Shown here: piece by piece, positions 23,156 to 43,521 of the stretch
How the letters are laid out: each line of letters begins with the position of its first letter
How positions within the stretch are numbered: position 1 is the first letter of the stretch
Position numbers and translations under genes: made by a program
Notes under the pieces: model-generated
Database searches by the model: none
The model's input: the letters and a program-made list of their open reading frames with translations, nothing else
Told to the model about the DNA's origin: nothing
Assembly (NCBI RefSeq): GCF_009914755.1
Contig: NC_060935.1
Origin: the human T2T-CHM13v2.0 reference genome, Homo sapiens
Length of the DNA stretch: 64,000 nt
Direction: 5' to 3' (one strand)

Positions 23156-24747
23156 CTAAATACCCCATATTGAATAAACACTGTTTAAACGCTGCTTTGC
23201 CCCCAACCAATCCTAATTTTAAAAAAAAATCTTGTTTTCTCTATTCTAGAACAACAAATAAGTACTGCTCATCAAAGTGGAAGCTATTGTGATGCTGGAA
23301 TGGTAGGAAGATACAAAAAAAATACAATGTAATAATACACCTTCTTGCCTTACAGCGATGGAGGAGTGATAGAAACAAAGAGAACAGGTCAGAAAAAGAG
23401 GCCACAAAACAGTCATGAGTGATTCTGCTGTTTTTAATAAAGGTTAAGTACTGCTAAGTTTAGAGAATTTGGGGTGACGAGACAGGCAAGGTTTCAACAG
23501 GCAAAGCAGCAGAATTAGGGCACAGGGCAGAGCTGGGTGGGTCTCATCACACATCTAATCCTCGATGACAGCACAAAGCCACCTCTCCTTGTGCTTAAGT
23601 GTACACGCACATTGATTGAAAATGCACTAAAATCCAACTCATCCACCAAGCAAGGCTAAAGGCGCGCACACAAATTCAACAGCGCTGCGTTCGCGTGGCT
23701 GGAGGGCAGACGGGGAATATTCCATTTTACTTAGTAGAGTATCAACACCTAGCTGCAGGGTTAAACCTGCTTAACAAAAGCTGGCGAGGGGCTGGAGAGG
23801 TGCACACCATCAGCCCTCTCCCGAGCGCCGACCGGCCTCGCCCTGCCTCTGCGCTGCACCCTGGGTGCAGGCGGACTGGGGCAGGGCCGCGACCCCGGCC
23901 TCGGCCTCCGCCTCCGCCCGGCCAGCCCCGACGCGGTGCCACGGGACAGACCCGCAGGGGCCACCCCACACCCCTGCGGGCCGGCCCCCCGCCCCGGTCC
24001 CGGACGCTAGCTTGGGAAGGCAGGCCGGGGGCCCAGCCATCGATGGCAAGTGGGCGGCGCGGCCTCCGCAGACAAAGCTGGGCGCCCCATCGAACAGGAC
24101 CCTCCGCCCCACGCGCCCGCAACCGGCCAGCCCCGGAGCCCTGCCCGCACTGCCACCCCCAGCCCGGCGCCCGGCCCCCAGCCCCCGGTGCTCGGCTCCC
24201 GGCCGGCGGAGACCTGCCCGCCGCGCCCGGAGCGCCCGCGCAACCGCCGCCGCCGGAGCGCGCAGGCCGCCCAACCGCCGTCCCGGCCCAACCAACGCGG
24301 GCAGGGGAGGAGAGGTGCGCGCGGCCGGCGGAGCGTGCGAGCCACTCGGGGGTCGCAGGGGGAGGCTGCGCGCGGCGAAGGCAGGGGCGACGAGACGCCG
24401 AGGCCGGCGCTGAACGCGGCGCCAGGAGGGCCTGCTGGAGGGGGCCTTGCCCTCTTCCCCTTGGAAGGTGCAGATGGTTTGACCCCCCACCCCGAGTGAG
24501 GTGCCTCGTCCCAGCCCCGGCTGGACTGTACCATCGGGCGGTGCCGCCGGGATTTCTCCCCCCCACCACCACCATCAATTCCCCCCCCACCCGGGTCCGC
24601 GGTCGGTTGGCCCCGGCCGGGCTCTGAGACGCGGAAAGAGCTGGGCGCCATTTTGGGTGGGACTAAGCAAAGACGAAACACCCTCCCAGTCTATGGGGTA
24701 GTCTGGACCCTGGCTTATCTGGTTCCCTTAATCCTTTAGGTACTTAC

Positions 24748-24862
24748 ACGACGTTGGGTGAGGGGAGCTGGAAGATCAGCGGGTCCCCGATCCTCTCTCC
24801 CTAGGGGTGATAGAAATCAACCCCCCCCGCCACCTCCAGGTGGTTCTTCCCGCCGCAGAGTG
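24748..24862 (-). other. PRDM10: Non-coding first exon (5' UTR) of the minus-strand gene (PRDM10); 5' end approximate
   Basis: Minus strand reads ...CAACGTCGT|GTAAGTAC (acttac at 24742-24747), inside a CpG island and next to GC-box/CCAAT motifs. The TSS cannot be read from sequence. Confidence 0.65.
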
Positions 24863-25079
24863 GGAGCAGCATAAAAGGCGGGGTCTTATTAGCATAATCT
24901 GCCTGGCAACCTGATCTCGACGTTATATGATTGGTTAAACTCTGTAAGCCCCATGCCGTGCCTAGAGACGAGAAACGCTGGGGCGAACTGACAGGCCCAG
25001 ATTTAGGAGTCATGACGAAGATCCTGAGACGCTTATTCAGTCTGCAGAGAAGCCAAAAGGAGATTCACATAATGGCCCA

Positions 25080-25523
25080 ATGACTGAAGGCCTCTTTATT
25101 TCGTGCTCTGCTGTTCGTGTAAAACCCAATCGCAGAGCGGGTCTCAGGCGGCGCTCGCTTGCGTTTCTACTCTCAGCCAATCAGAAAACCCGACTCTTCG
25201 CATTGGGGTCAAGCCCCCGCTGCGGCCCGCGTGCTAACGGGGAGGAAGCTTCCAGCTGTGCCTGGGTGTCTCGGGCGCCGAGGGCAGCCTGCGCCCGTGC
25301 TAAGCCCGCCTCCCGCGCGCCCGAGGGCCCGGTGTCCCGGAAGACGCGCGGGGGTGAGGCGGCCCTCGCGTCCGCCCGCCCCGCCACAGATTGCCTCCGA
25401 AGTGGCCTGGCCGTGGAGCGCCGGCGAAAACCGAACTCCCGCCCGGCTCCCGGAGTCGGGAGCCTGCCGGGGTCTCGCCCTCAGGACCCCCAGGGAGCGG
25501 CCGGGCGCCGCCTATCACCCTGA
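25080..25523 (+). CDS. LINC00167: Putative uncharacterised 147-aa ORF of LINC00167 (doubtful protein)
   Basis: ATG-initiated ORF MTEGLFISCSAVRVKPNRR...GRRLSP. Arg/Pro/Ala/Gly-rich composition typical of a CpG-island ORF, with no recognisable domain. Confidence 0.3.
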   Translation: MTEGLFISCSAVRVKPNRRAGLRRRSLAFLLSANQKTRLFALGSSPRCGPRANGEEASSCAWVSRAPRAACARAKPASRAPEGPVSRKTRGGEAALASARPATDCLRSGLAVERRRKPNSRPAPGVGSLPGSRPQDPQGAAGRRLSP

Positions 25524-26076
25524 CCCACCGCACCTTGAGAGCGCTTTCACTGCGCCTCTTTTTTCTCCTCTACCAATCTGGAAAGGAAGTGAGTGTCATT
25601 TCAGACATTGAGAAACATTATTCAACACTGGTTACCCAGTGACTCAGCTCACTCCTTAACCGCAGGCTTCCACATCCTGCTGTCCCTTAAAATTGCCTTC
25701 ACAAAGGGCAGCCAAGAGCCCAGCTTTGGAGAGATACCCAGCTCCAACTACCCACTGGCAGGCAATACGCAGGGCAGCTAGATGGCAGAGAGACCTTGGA
25801 CCTTCGGACCTTCGGGGAGCGGTTTTCCCTTCGGTGATATCTACCTTGCTATGTTCGTGATATCTACCTTGCTACGTTATTTTGAAGATTAAGTGAGCTC
25901 TTACTTTACCGAGTAAAGTGCTTTGCTTAGCACACTGTCTGGAACTTAAATGAGAAGTACTGACAATATAACCTACAAAAATCCTAAACTATTGCCTGAG
26001 AAAAAGAGGGAGACAGGACAGCTAAGCAAAAGACGAGAATAGAAAACACCCACAGCGTGAAAAACTGTAAAATTAA

Positions 26077-26790
<714 letters not shown>

Positions 26791-27434
26791 ACTTCAGACA
26801 GTTAACTGCTTTGTAAACAACTTCACATCTAGGCCGTGTCTTGTTCTTCCTTAAACCACTGTACAGGTGGCACTGGACTTAGATGAGGCCGACCTTAACA
26901 TAGCTAGTGAGAGACACTAGTAGCCCTACTCTGGCAACACAGACATGGAAATCAGTTGCCTAAGGAAAGATCATATTGGCTAAGAGAGTCCCTTGAATGC
27001 TCCCTTTTAGTGTTACGAGTAGATGAACAATGCCGCAGGTTGGACAGGTCCTTCTGTGTCCTTGCAAAAGCTGCCACTCCACATACCCCTGGCCTCAGTA
27101 AGAACGGCTCACTTTTAGATTTAACATCATTACATCCTTGCTGATGAACTGAGATGGTCCCAACTGAGGTCCACTGACCAGAAACAACACCACAGAACCC
27201 AAAAGAGAACGCACCATGGGGAATGGGGCTATTCAAACTGAAGAGCCTGAGTTACTCTCATGGCTTTAGAGAAATGTTCTAAAACTTCTAAGTACATAAA
27301 TATGTGCAGGGAGATTCCTCCCCACAGAGTTTTTATTCAGAGGGTCTGGAGTGAACCTCAGGAATTTGCTTTTTATGTGGATTTTTAAATGATTTTTAAA
27401 GTTTACACTGTAAAATTCACTCACTGGGGTATAC

Positions 27435-29085
27435 AAGAAGTATTTATTGAATATGTACTGTGTGCCATTCATTTTTCTAAACAATAAAGATAGAATAGGG
27501 AACAACAGCAACCAAAAAAGGCCCTGCTGTCATGCAGCTTTATTCTAGTGTAGGTAACAAGAAGAAAAGAAATAACTCCAGGTCATGATAAGTGCTACAA
27601 AGTAAACCAGGAAAATGCAAAGGCAGAGAACGCTGGCAGTTTAAATAGGGTGCCAAAGAAGTTTTCTCTAAGATACTAACATTTGAGCTGAGCCTTGAGT
27701 TATGGGGGAAAAAAAAAAGCCAGCCATGTTAAGATCTTGGAGAACATTCCAATCTAAGAGAATGGCAAAAGTAAAGACCATGAGGTGAACAACAAAAAAA
27801 TTAGTATGGCGTGCACATATTCATTCTTCTATTGAATAGATATTCATTGAATGCTTCCCAAATGCCAGGCACTGTCTTAGATGCTCTGTGATTCGTCAAT
27901 TAACACTATAGACAAAAGGAAAAACAACACAAAAATCCATGCCTTGACTGAGCTTTCAGTCTAACACACTTGAGAAACAGTAAGAAGGCCAGAATTATTG
28001 GAACACAGGACAGAGTGATACAAGAAAGAGTGTAGTGATACAAGGATACAGTGATACAAGAAAACTTGGGGAAATAGGTCTGGGACAGACCACATAAGGC
28101 TTTGAAGGCTATGGTATTGGAATTATTATAGAAAGTGCAACTTAATAGGAGCATTGACTAAGTGTGGTAATTAAAAAAAAAGAAAGAAAAAAGTGCAACT
28201 TAAACTAGTTGGAGGTTTTAAGTAAGGTAGTAACACAGTTTTGTCTTTCAAAATAACTGGCTGCTCTAGGGTGCTTATTTTGTTTGGGGAGAGGGCAAGA
28301 GACAAGGAGTCTGTGCCAATATGCTCTGAATAAGAAACGATGGCCCATCTTGACTGAAATAGAAGTAGCTTAAATGGGGAGAAGTGTATGGACACCAGAT
28401 ATATTTTGGAGGTGAAGCCACAGAACTTGCAAATGAATAAGTTATGGAACAGAGTGTAAGTTGCTCCTGGTGACAAGGGAGTGATCGAGAATGACTTCTA
28501 AGGTTGAAAACTGAGTGGCCAATGAATGTTGATGCCTTAACTGAGATTAGGAACACTGGGAGATAAATGGTTAGAAAATCAAGAGTTGTATTGTAGCCAT
28601 GTTGAATTGGAAATATCTTTTGGAAAATCCAACTAGACACCCCACGTAGGCAGCTGGAATCCAAAAGAGAGATCAGGGCTGGAAATACAATTATAGGAAT
28701 ACAGTTCATCAGATTATACATTATATCTAAATACATAGAATTAGGTGTGGTCATCTAATTAGGATTAGATGAGAGAGAGTGTGTATATAGAGAAGACAAG
28801 TGTATCCAGGACTGAGCTCATGGGAGCTGCTGAATTTAGAGGTGGATGATAGGAAGGCAGCCATCCAAAAGGCTGAGAAGGAAATAACACAGGAGGAGAA
28901 CCTGGAGAGGATGGTGTCTGAGAAGCCAAGGGAAGACAGTGTTTCAAGAAGGATGTAGTGGCCAGCTGCAGCAAATATTGCTAAAAGCTGATGATAATGA
29001 CAGTTAACCTGTGGATCTGGAAAGACAGAGGTGGAAATTGCTGGTAACTTTGACAATAGTAGCTTCAAGGGAGAGCTAGGAAGTT
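27435..29085 (-). mobile_element. L2 LINE fragments
   Basis: Reverse complement of the L2 3' end (tatttattgaatatgtactgtgtgcca; cattgaatgcttcccaaatgccaggcactgt) followed by the purine-rich L2 body. Confidence 0.75.
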
Positions 29086-29245
29086 TACTGGGAGTCACCT
29101 GAAGAAAGCATAGGAGGTGAAGAGTCACATCTGTTGCCAACATATGGCAGATAAGATAGGCCAACGAAAACAACTAATGTGCTGCAGTGAGCTATGATCA
29201 CACCACTGCACTGAAGCCCAGATGACAAAGCGAGACCCCGTCTCA

Positions 29246-29434
<189 letters not shown>

Positions 29435-29497
29435 CTACTAAAAATACCAAAAAATTAGCCAGGTGTGGTGGTGTGCACCTGTAGTCCCAGCTACTTA

Positions 29498-29990
<493 letters not shown>

Positions 29991-30480
29991 TAACATTATT
30001 AAGTAAGAAATTATGTGGTACAAGATTGTTTGGGGTTGTCGGGGAGAAGGAGAGAGTGAGGAATTATCTGAATGTGGATAGCTGGGATGATGAGTATTTA
30101 TAAGATAGCAACAGTTTTGGGTGTTTTTGTTTTTAAGATTTGAATGAAAAACTAGCTGGGGCCAGGTGGCACAGTGACTCACACCTGTTAATCCCAGCAC
30201 TTTGGGAGGCCGAAGTGGATCACTTGAGTGAGGAGTTTGAGAGCAGCCTGGGCAATATGGTGAAACCCTGTCTCTATTTAAAAAGAAAAAAAGAAAGAAA
30301 GAAAAGAAAAGAAAGAGAGAGAGAGAAAAAAGTAGCCTGGCGTGGTGGCGCATGCCTGTAGTACTAGATACTTGTGAGGCTGAGGTGGGAGGATCATCTG
30401 AGCCCAGAAGGTTTGAGATTGCAGTGAGCCATGATTGTGCCACTGCACTTTAGCCTGGATAACAGAGTGAGACCTCATTT

Positions 30481-30612
30481 CAAAAAAAAAAAAAGAAAAG
30501 AAAAAAAGAAGAAGAAGAAGGAGAAGGAGAAGAAAGGGAGAAAGAGAGAAAGAAGGAAGGAAGGAAAGAAAAAGAAAGGGAGAGAAAGAAAGAGAAAGAG
30601 AAAAAAGGAAAA
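30481..30612 (+). repeat. Polypurine (GA-rich) low-complexity tract expanded from an Alu tail
   Basis: About 130 bp of A/G only. A similar tract lies at 32205-32306. Confidence 0.9.
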
Positions 30613-30613
30613 C

Positions 30614-31850
30614 CATACAGGGAGGAAATCATATAACAATGATAAATGTGGAAAAGCTGCTATTAAAATGTCAAGTCTCATTAGACACCAAAGAAGACAT
30701 GCTGGAGAGACTGTCCTTCCTATGCACATAAGGAAGGTGGGAAAGCCTTCAGTCGCAAATCACATCTCACAGAGAATGAGAAAAATTCATCCAGGAAAGA
30801 AAGCCCGGAATGGAATCAATGTGGAAGTGTCTTAGCTAGAAGAAATACTTCATTAAAGATCAGAACATTCACACTGTAAATAATGAGAACTCTATGAATG
30901 TAAGAAATGTGGAACATCTTCAGCCAAAAGGAAAACTTCATTATTCATCAATAATCCATATAAAAAAGAAATCTTATGAATGTAGTAGGTATGAAAAAGC
31001 TTTTATTCGGAAGTCAAACTTTATACCAGAGAGGTCATACTGGAGATAAACCCTACGCAAGTAGGGAAGGTGAGAAAGCACTCAGTGGCAAATCAAATTC
31101 CACTGGGCATGAGAAAATCCAGATTTGAGGCCAGGCGCGGTGGCTCACGCCTGTAATCCCTGCACTTTGAGAGGCCAAAGTGGGTGGATCACTTGAGCAC
31201 AGGAGTTCAAGACCAGCCTGGGCAACATGGCGAAACCCCGTCTCTACTAAAAATAAAATATATAAAAACTGAGGTCTCTACTAAAAATAAAATATAAAAA
31301 CGATCACCTGAGCCTGGGGAGGCGGAGACTGCAGTGAGCCGTAATCACGCCACTGCACTCCAGCCTGGGTGACAGAGTGACACCCTGTCAAAAAATAAAA
31401 AGAGAAGAAAAGAAAATTCAGATCTGAGGGGTGCCCTGTAAAGATAATGAAAGTGCAACGATCTTCGGGCAGAAGCTATTCATCATTAAATATTACAATA
31501 TTCATGACGAGGGCGACACCCTATACTAAGGGTGCAGAAGTTTTCTCTGTAATCATACTGCTTATTGTACATGTAAGAACCCGTAAGTATGAATGTAAAA
31601 TGTGTGGTAAAGTCTTCTGTCCATTCTTAGCCAATGCTCTACATAAGAGAACCAATACCAACGAAAAAAACTAATGAAATATCTCAAACAGAAGTCATGC
31701 CATATTTGACACCAAAGAATTCATACTCATTAAAACCTTATGAATACCTTGGATTTAGGAAAGGCTTTAGCAGGAATTCATATTTCATAGCACATCAGAT
31801 AATTAAATTTTAGAGTAAAATTCAATTAATATGAGAAAGCCTTAAGCAGA
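30614..31850 (+). pseudogene. Degenerate C2H2 (KRAB-ZNF-type) zinc-finger array pseudogene, interrupted by an Alu
   Basis: Translates to HTGRKSYNNDKCGKAAIKMSSLIRHQRRHAGE, LYECKKCGTS, HTGDKPY and YECKMCGKVFCPFLANALHKRT, with stops and frameshifts. Alu at 31128-31400 has TSD gaaaat(c/t)cagat(t/c)tga. Confidence 0.85.
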
Positions 31851-32046
31851 AACCCAAATTTTATGATATTAGAGATTTTTAATAAGGAGATATTTCATCA
31901 GTATAATAGAAATTGGGTCCAAAGGCCAGGCGTGGTGGATCACGTCTATAATCCCAACAATTTGGGAGGCAAAGGCAGGCATATCACTTCAGGTCAAGAG
32001 TTCAAGATCAGCCTGGCCAACATGGGGAAACCCCATCTCTACTTAA

Positions 32047-32589
<543 letters not shown>

Positions 32590-32659
32590 TGATCTGCCTG
32601 CCTCGGCCTCCCAAAGTGCGGGGATTACTGGTGTGAGCCACCACGCCCAGCCAATTACT

Positions 32660-38550
<5,891 letters not shown>

Positions 38551-38843
38551 AAAATTGCTTTGGAATTTCTGAAAATTATAATAATCAAAGAACATTTTTA
38601 AGTTGGCTAAGAATTTGAAAAGGAGAATTTACTTCTCCCTTTGTTTAAAATATGATTAAGATTTATTATGGTCTCTTGGGTTTTTTTAGGTGAATATATA
38701 ATTTAAAAAAGACTAAAGACAAATACAACAATAAAGCAATAAACATCAAGGCCAGGCATGGTGGCTCACGCCTGTAATCCCAGCACTTTGGGAGGCCAAG
38801 GTGGGCAGATCACAAGGTCAGGAGATTGAGAGCATCCTGGCTA

Positions 38844-39080
<237 letters not shown>

Positions 39081-40044
39081 CTACCTGTACCATCTCTTCT
39101 AGGGACAATGGTGACCTTCTTTACCCAAGTTTTGAAGCCGAGAAACTGTAATTGTAAAAACAAACAAACAAAAACTATAATGAAGACAATAGGCATATTT
39201 ACATACAGCTAAACAAAAACTTTAGCTATACATACCATAAATAAATTCAATAAACAGTACATTAAAATTTTTGCGATAGAACAAAGAGTAATTTCGTTTT
39301 GTTTATTTATTTTTTAATTGAGACAAGGTCTCATTCTGCTGTTCAGGCTGGGATGCAGTAGCACAGTCACAGTTCACTGTAGCCTTGACCCCCCAGGCTC
39401 AAGCAATCCTCCCATCTCAGCCTCCCAAGTAACTGAGACTACAGGTGCACGCTGCCATGCTTGGCTAATTTTATTATCTTTTATTTTGTAGAGTTTTGCC
39501 ATATTGCCCAGGCTGTTCTCAAACTCCTGGGCTCAAGTGATCCACCTGTCGTGTCCTCCCAATTGCTGAGATTACAGGCATGAGCCACTGAGCCAGGCCT
39601 ATTTTTTGTAGAGAGAGGATTTTGCTATGTTGCCCAGGCTGGTCTTGAACTCCTGGGCTCAAGTAATACACCAGTCTTGGCCTCCCAAAATACTGAGATT
39701 ACAAGCATGAGCCACTGAGCAAGACCAGAGAACAAAGAGGAATTTCTTACAAATTTATAAGAAAAGGCAAACAACCCAATGATAAAATAGACACAGAATA
39801 TCAAGAAAATTTTAGGGAAAACAAATCCAAATGCCAGAAGCTGTATTAAAAATGCTCAAACTACATATCAGGAATTATGGAAATTAAAGTAACTATTATT
39901 ATAAATATCACTTTATGTTCATCAGACAGAAAAAGGGTAAAAAGAACAGTAGCACCTATGATTTTGTATTTTCATACAATATTAGTGGTGTTATGAATTG
40001 TTCCAGCTTTTTAGGAAGGGAGGTAGTAACATCAATTAAAATTA

Positions 40045-40956
<912 letters not shown>

Positions 40957-41237
40957 TGACTATATACATATTATAAGAGATGTTTGTATAATTGTTTAAC
41001 TCAAAAGTTCTCCATTCTGGGATTCTATCTTGAGGAAAGAAAATAACCAATATAAGGCATTTAATTCAGCGTTTTCCATAATGGCATGAAACTGGAAACA
41101 GTCAAAAATTAATGGCATATCTACACCAGAAAATAGTATGCAGCAATTAAAGTGGATGAACAGTAGCTATGTCAGTGGATTTAGAATAATTTCCAACATA
41201 TATTGCTGAATGAAAAAGGCAAAATGAGAAAAAGTCT

Positions 41238-41927
41238 GTTACATCAGTCAGGGCTCAATTAAGAAAACAGAAACAGCAGGAGACATCATAAGGGATTTGT
41301 TGAAGGAAATTCAATTACACAATTGATCGATTAATCATCGGGTCTAGCTAGGCAAGTCTGAATCCATAGAGCAGGCCACAAGGAAGGGCAGGTGGCACTC
41401 TCTGGCATGGGCTGAGGCTGCTACCCGCAGGTGGAATTTCTTCTTCCCAGAAACCTCAGTTCTACTCTTTTTTTTTTTTTTTTTTTTTTTTGAGACGGAA
41501 TCTCTCGCTCTGTCGCCCAGGCTGGAGTGCAGTGGCGCGATCTCGGCTCACTGCAAGCTCCGCCTCCCAGGTTCACAGCATTCTCCTGCCTCAGCTGGGC
41601 TACAGGCAACCGCCACCACGCCTGGCTAATTTTTGTATTTTTAGTAGAGACGGGGTTTCAACGTGTTAGCCAGTATGGTCTTGATCTCCTGACCTGGTGA
41701 TCCGCCCACCTCGGCCTCCCAAAGTGCCGGGATTACAGGCGTGAGCCACCACGCCCGGCAAACTCAGTTCAACTCTTAACGCCTTTCAACTGATTGGATG
41801 AGGCCCAACCAGATTATCTAAGATATTCTCCTTTACTAAAAGTCATTGATTATGGACTTTAATCACAGCAACAGCTAGATTAGTAACTGAGGGAATAATC
41901 AAGTTGACACATGAAGTTGACCATCAC
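41238..41927. mobile_element. MLT2 (ERVL) LTR interrupted by an AluY (41468-41759, minus)
   Basis: Motifs ggcaagtctgaatccatagagcaggcc, gcctttcaactgattggatgaggccca and aagttgacacatgaagttgaccatcaca. Alu TSD ctcagttc(t/a)actctt. Confidence 0.8.
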
Positions 41928-42381
41928 ATGTGTGATATTTCATTTTGTAAAACAAATAATGAAAAAAAAATCTCTGTGTGTGTGTGTGTGTGTGTGTATG
42001 CAAATATATAAACATCTGTGAATATACAGTTACCTGGGTATGTGGATTAGGGTGAAGTAGGCAGAGGGGCAGGAGAAGAGGAGCGTGCAAAGCAAAACGA
42101 GAAGAAAAAGACCACAATATGAAAAACATAAAATTCAAGATATATAACATGATTGCATTTATGGATTTATATAAAATATTAAATTCATGTGCATATACAT
42201 ATACAGACAATTTTAAAACTAAAATACATACTTTTTAAAAAATGCATACATTTTAGCAAGCAAGATGCAAAAAACTTATTTGATTAAAGAGTGCTTATTC
42301 CTTATTAATTTTACAAAATATCCTAGTCAAAGAGAAGTAGAAATGTTCTCAAATACCTATTTTCAAAGATAAACAATATAC

Positions 42382-42846
42382 GTATTAGTTTCCTAGGAAC
42401 AAACTACCATAAACTGGAAGATTGAAACAACAGACATTCATTCTCTCCCAGCTCTGAAATCTAGAAGGCTGAAATAAGCTATCGGCAAGGCTGTATTCCC
42501 TCAGAAGTCTCTGGGAAGGAATTCTTTCTTGCCTCTTCCTAAATTCCTGTGTTCGCCAGCAATCCTTGGAATTCCTTGACTTGCAGTTTCATCACTTCAC
42601 TTTCTGCTTCTGCCTTCTTCACCTGCCCGTCTTGCCTGAACTGTATTCATTTCCAGATCTCCCTCTCCCTACAAGGACAACAATCATTGTATATAGGGTC
42701 CACCCTTATCAAGTATAAACTCATCTTAACTTATTACATCTACAAAGGCCCTATTCCTGAAGAAGGTTGCGTTCACAGGTATGAGGAGGGGGAGGGGGAT
42801 TAGACCTTGAATATCTTTTTAGGGGGATAAAATTCAACCCTCTACA
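42382..42846. mobile_element. MLT1 (MaLR) LTR
   Basis: Motifs gtattagtttcctagg, aacaacagacattcattctctc and aattcaaccctctaca. Confidence 0.75.
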
Positions 42847-43521
42847 ATATCCTACTTATGATAATCAACTGAAGCATTCCTATAAAAAAATAGATGATAA
42901 AAAGAAAAATAGAGCCAAGCATGGTGGCTCACATCTGTAATCTCAGCACTGTGGTAGGCTGAGGCGGGAGGATCACTTGAGTACAGGAGTTCGAGACCAA
43001 CCTGGGCAACATAGCGAGGGTAACAAACCTCGTCTCTATTTGTTGTTGTTGTTTTTTATGAAGGAGGTGACAGCTAGGCGCGGTGGCTCACGCCTGTAAT
43101 CCCAGCACTTTGGGAGGCCGAGGAGGGCAGATCACGAGGTCAGGAGATTGAGACCATCCTGGCTAACACGGGGAAACCCCGTCTCTACTAAAAATACAAA
43201 CAAATTAGCCGGGCACAGTGGTGGGCACCTGTAGTCCCAGCTACTCAGGAAGCTGAGGCAGGAGAATGGCATGAACCCGGGAGGCGGAGCTTGCAGTGAG
43301 CAGAGATGGTGCCAGTGCACTCCAGCCTGGGCCACAGAGCGAGACTCTGTCTCAAAAAAAAAAAAAAAAAAAAAGAGGTGACAACGATGCCCCATATATT
43401 ATTTAACACTGCCTTGAGGCTGAACACAATGGCTCATGCCTGTAATCCCAACACTTTGGGAGGCTAAGGTAGGAAGATTGATTGAGACCCAAGCATTCAA
43501 GACCAGCCTGGGCAATGTAGC

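Larger units (their letters stand above)
23660..25560. promoter_or_regulatory. CpG island / bidirectional promoter (PRDM10 and PRDM10-DT)
   Basis: Very GC- and CpG-rich over ~1.9 kb. YY1 motif CGCCATTTT 24646-24654; GC box AGGCGGGG ~24876-24883; CCAAT/ATTGG at 24930, 25077, 25126, 25177 (CAGCCAATCAG) and 25202; octamer-like ATTAGCAT 24888-24895; RFX half-site CCTGGCAAC 24902-24910. Confidence 0.92.

Noticed and set aside
23695-24681. Long overlapping ORFs (310, 282, 226, 224 aa) on both strands
   Set aside because: Stop-codon depletion in a GC-rich CpG island; low-complexity Pro/Arg/Gly/Ala with no domain.
25798-25878. Short tandem duplications (ggaccttc x2; gtgatatctaccttgcta x2)
   Set aside because: Ordinary slippage duplications with no supporting structure.
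30431-30835. 134-aa ORF with a lysine-rich tract and a zinc-finger-like end
   Set aside because: A chimera of Alu end, polypurine tail and decayed finger; the Cys/His ligands are broken.
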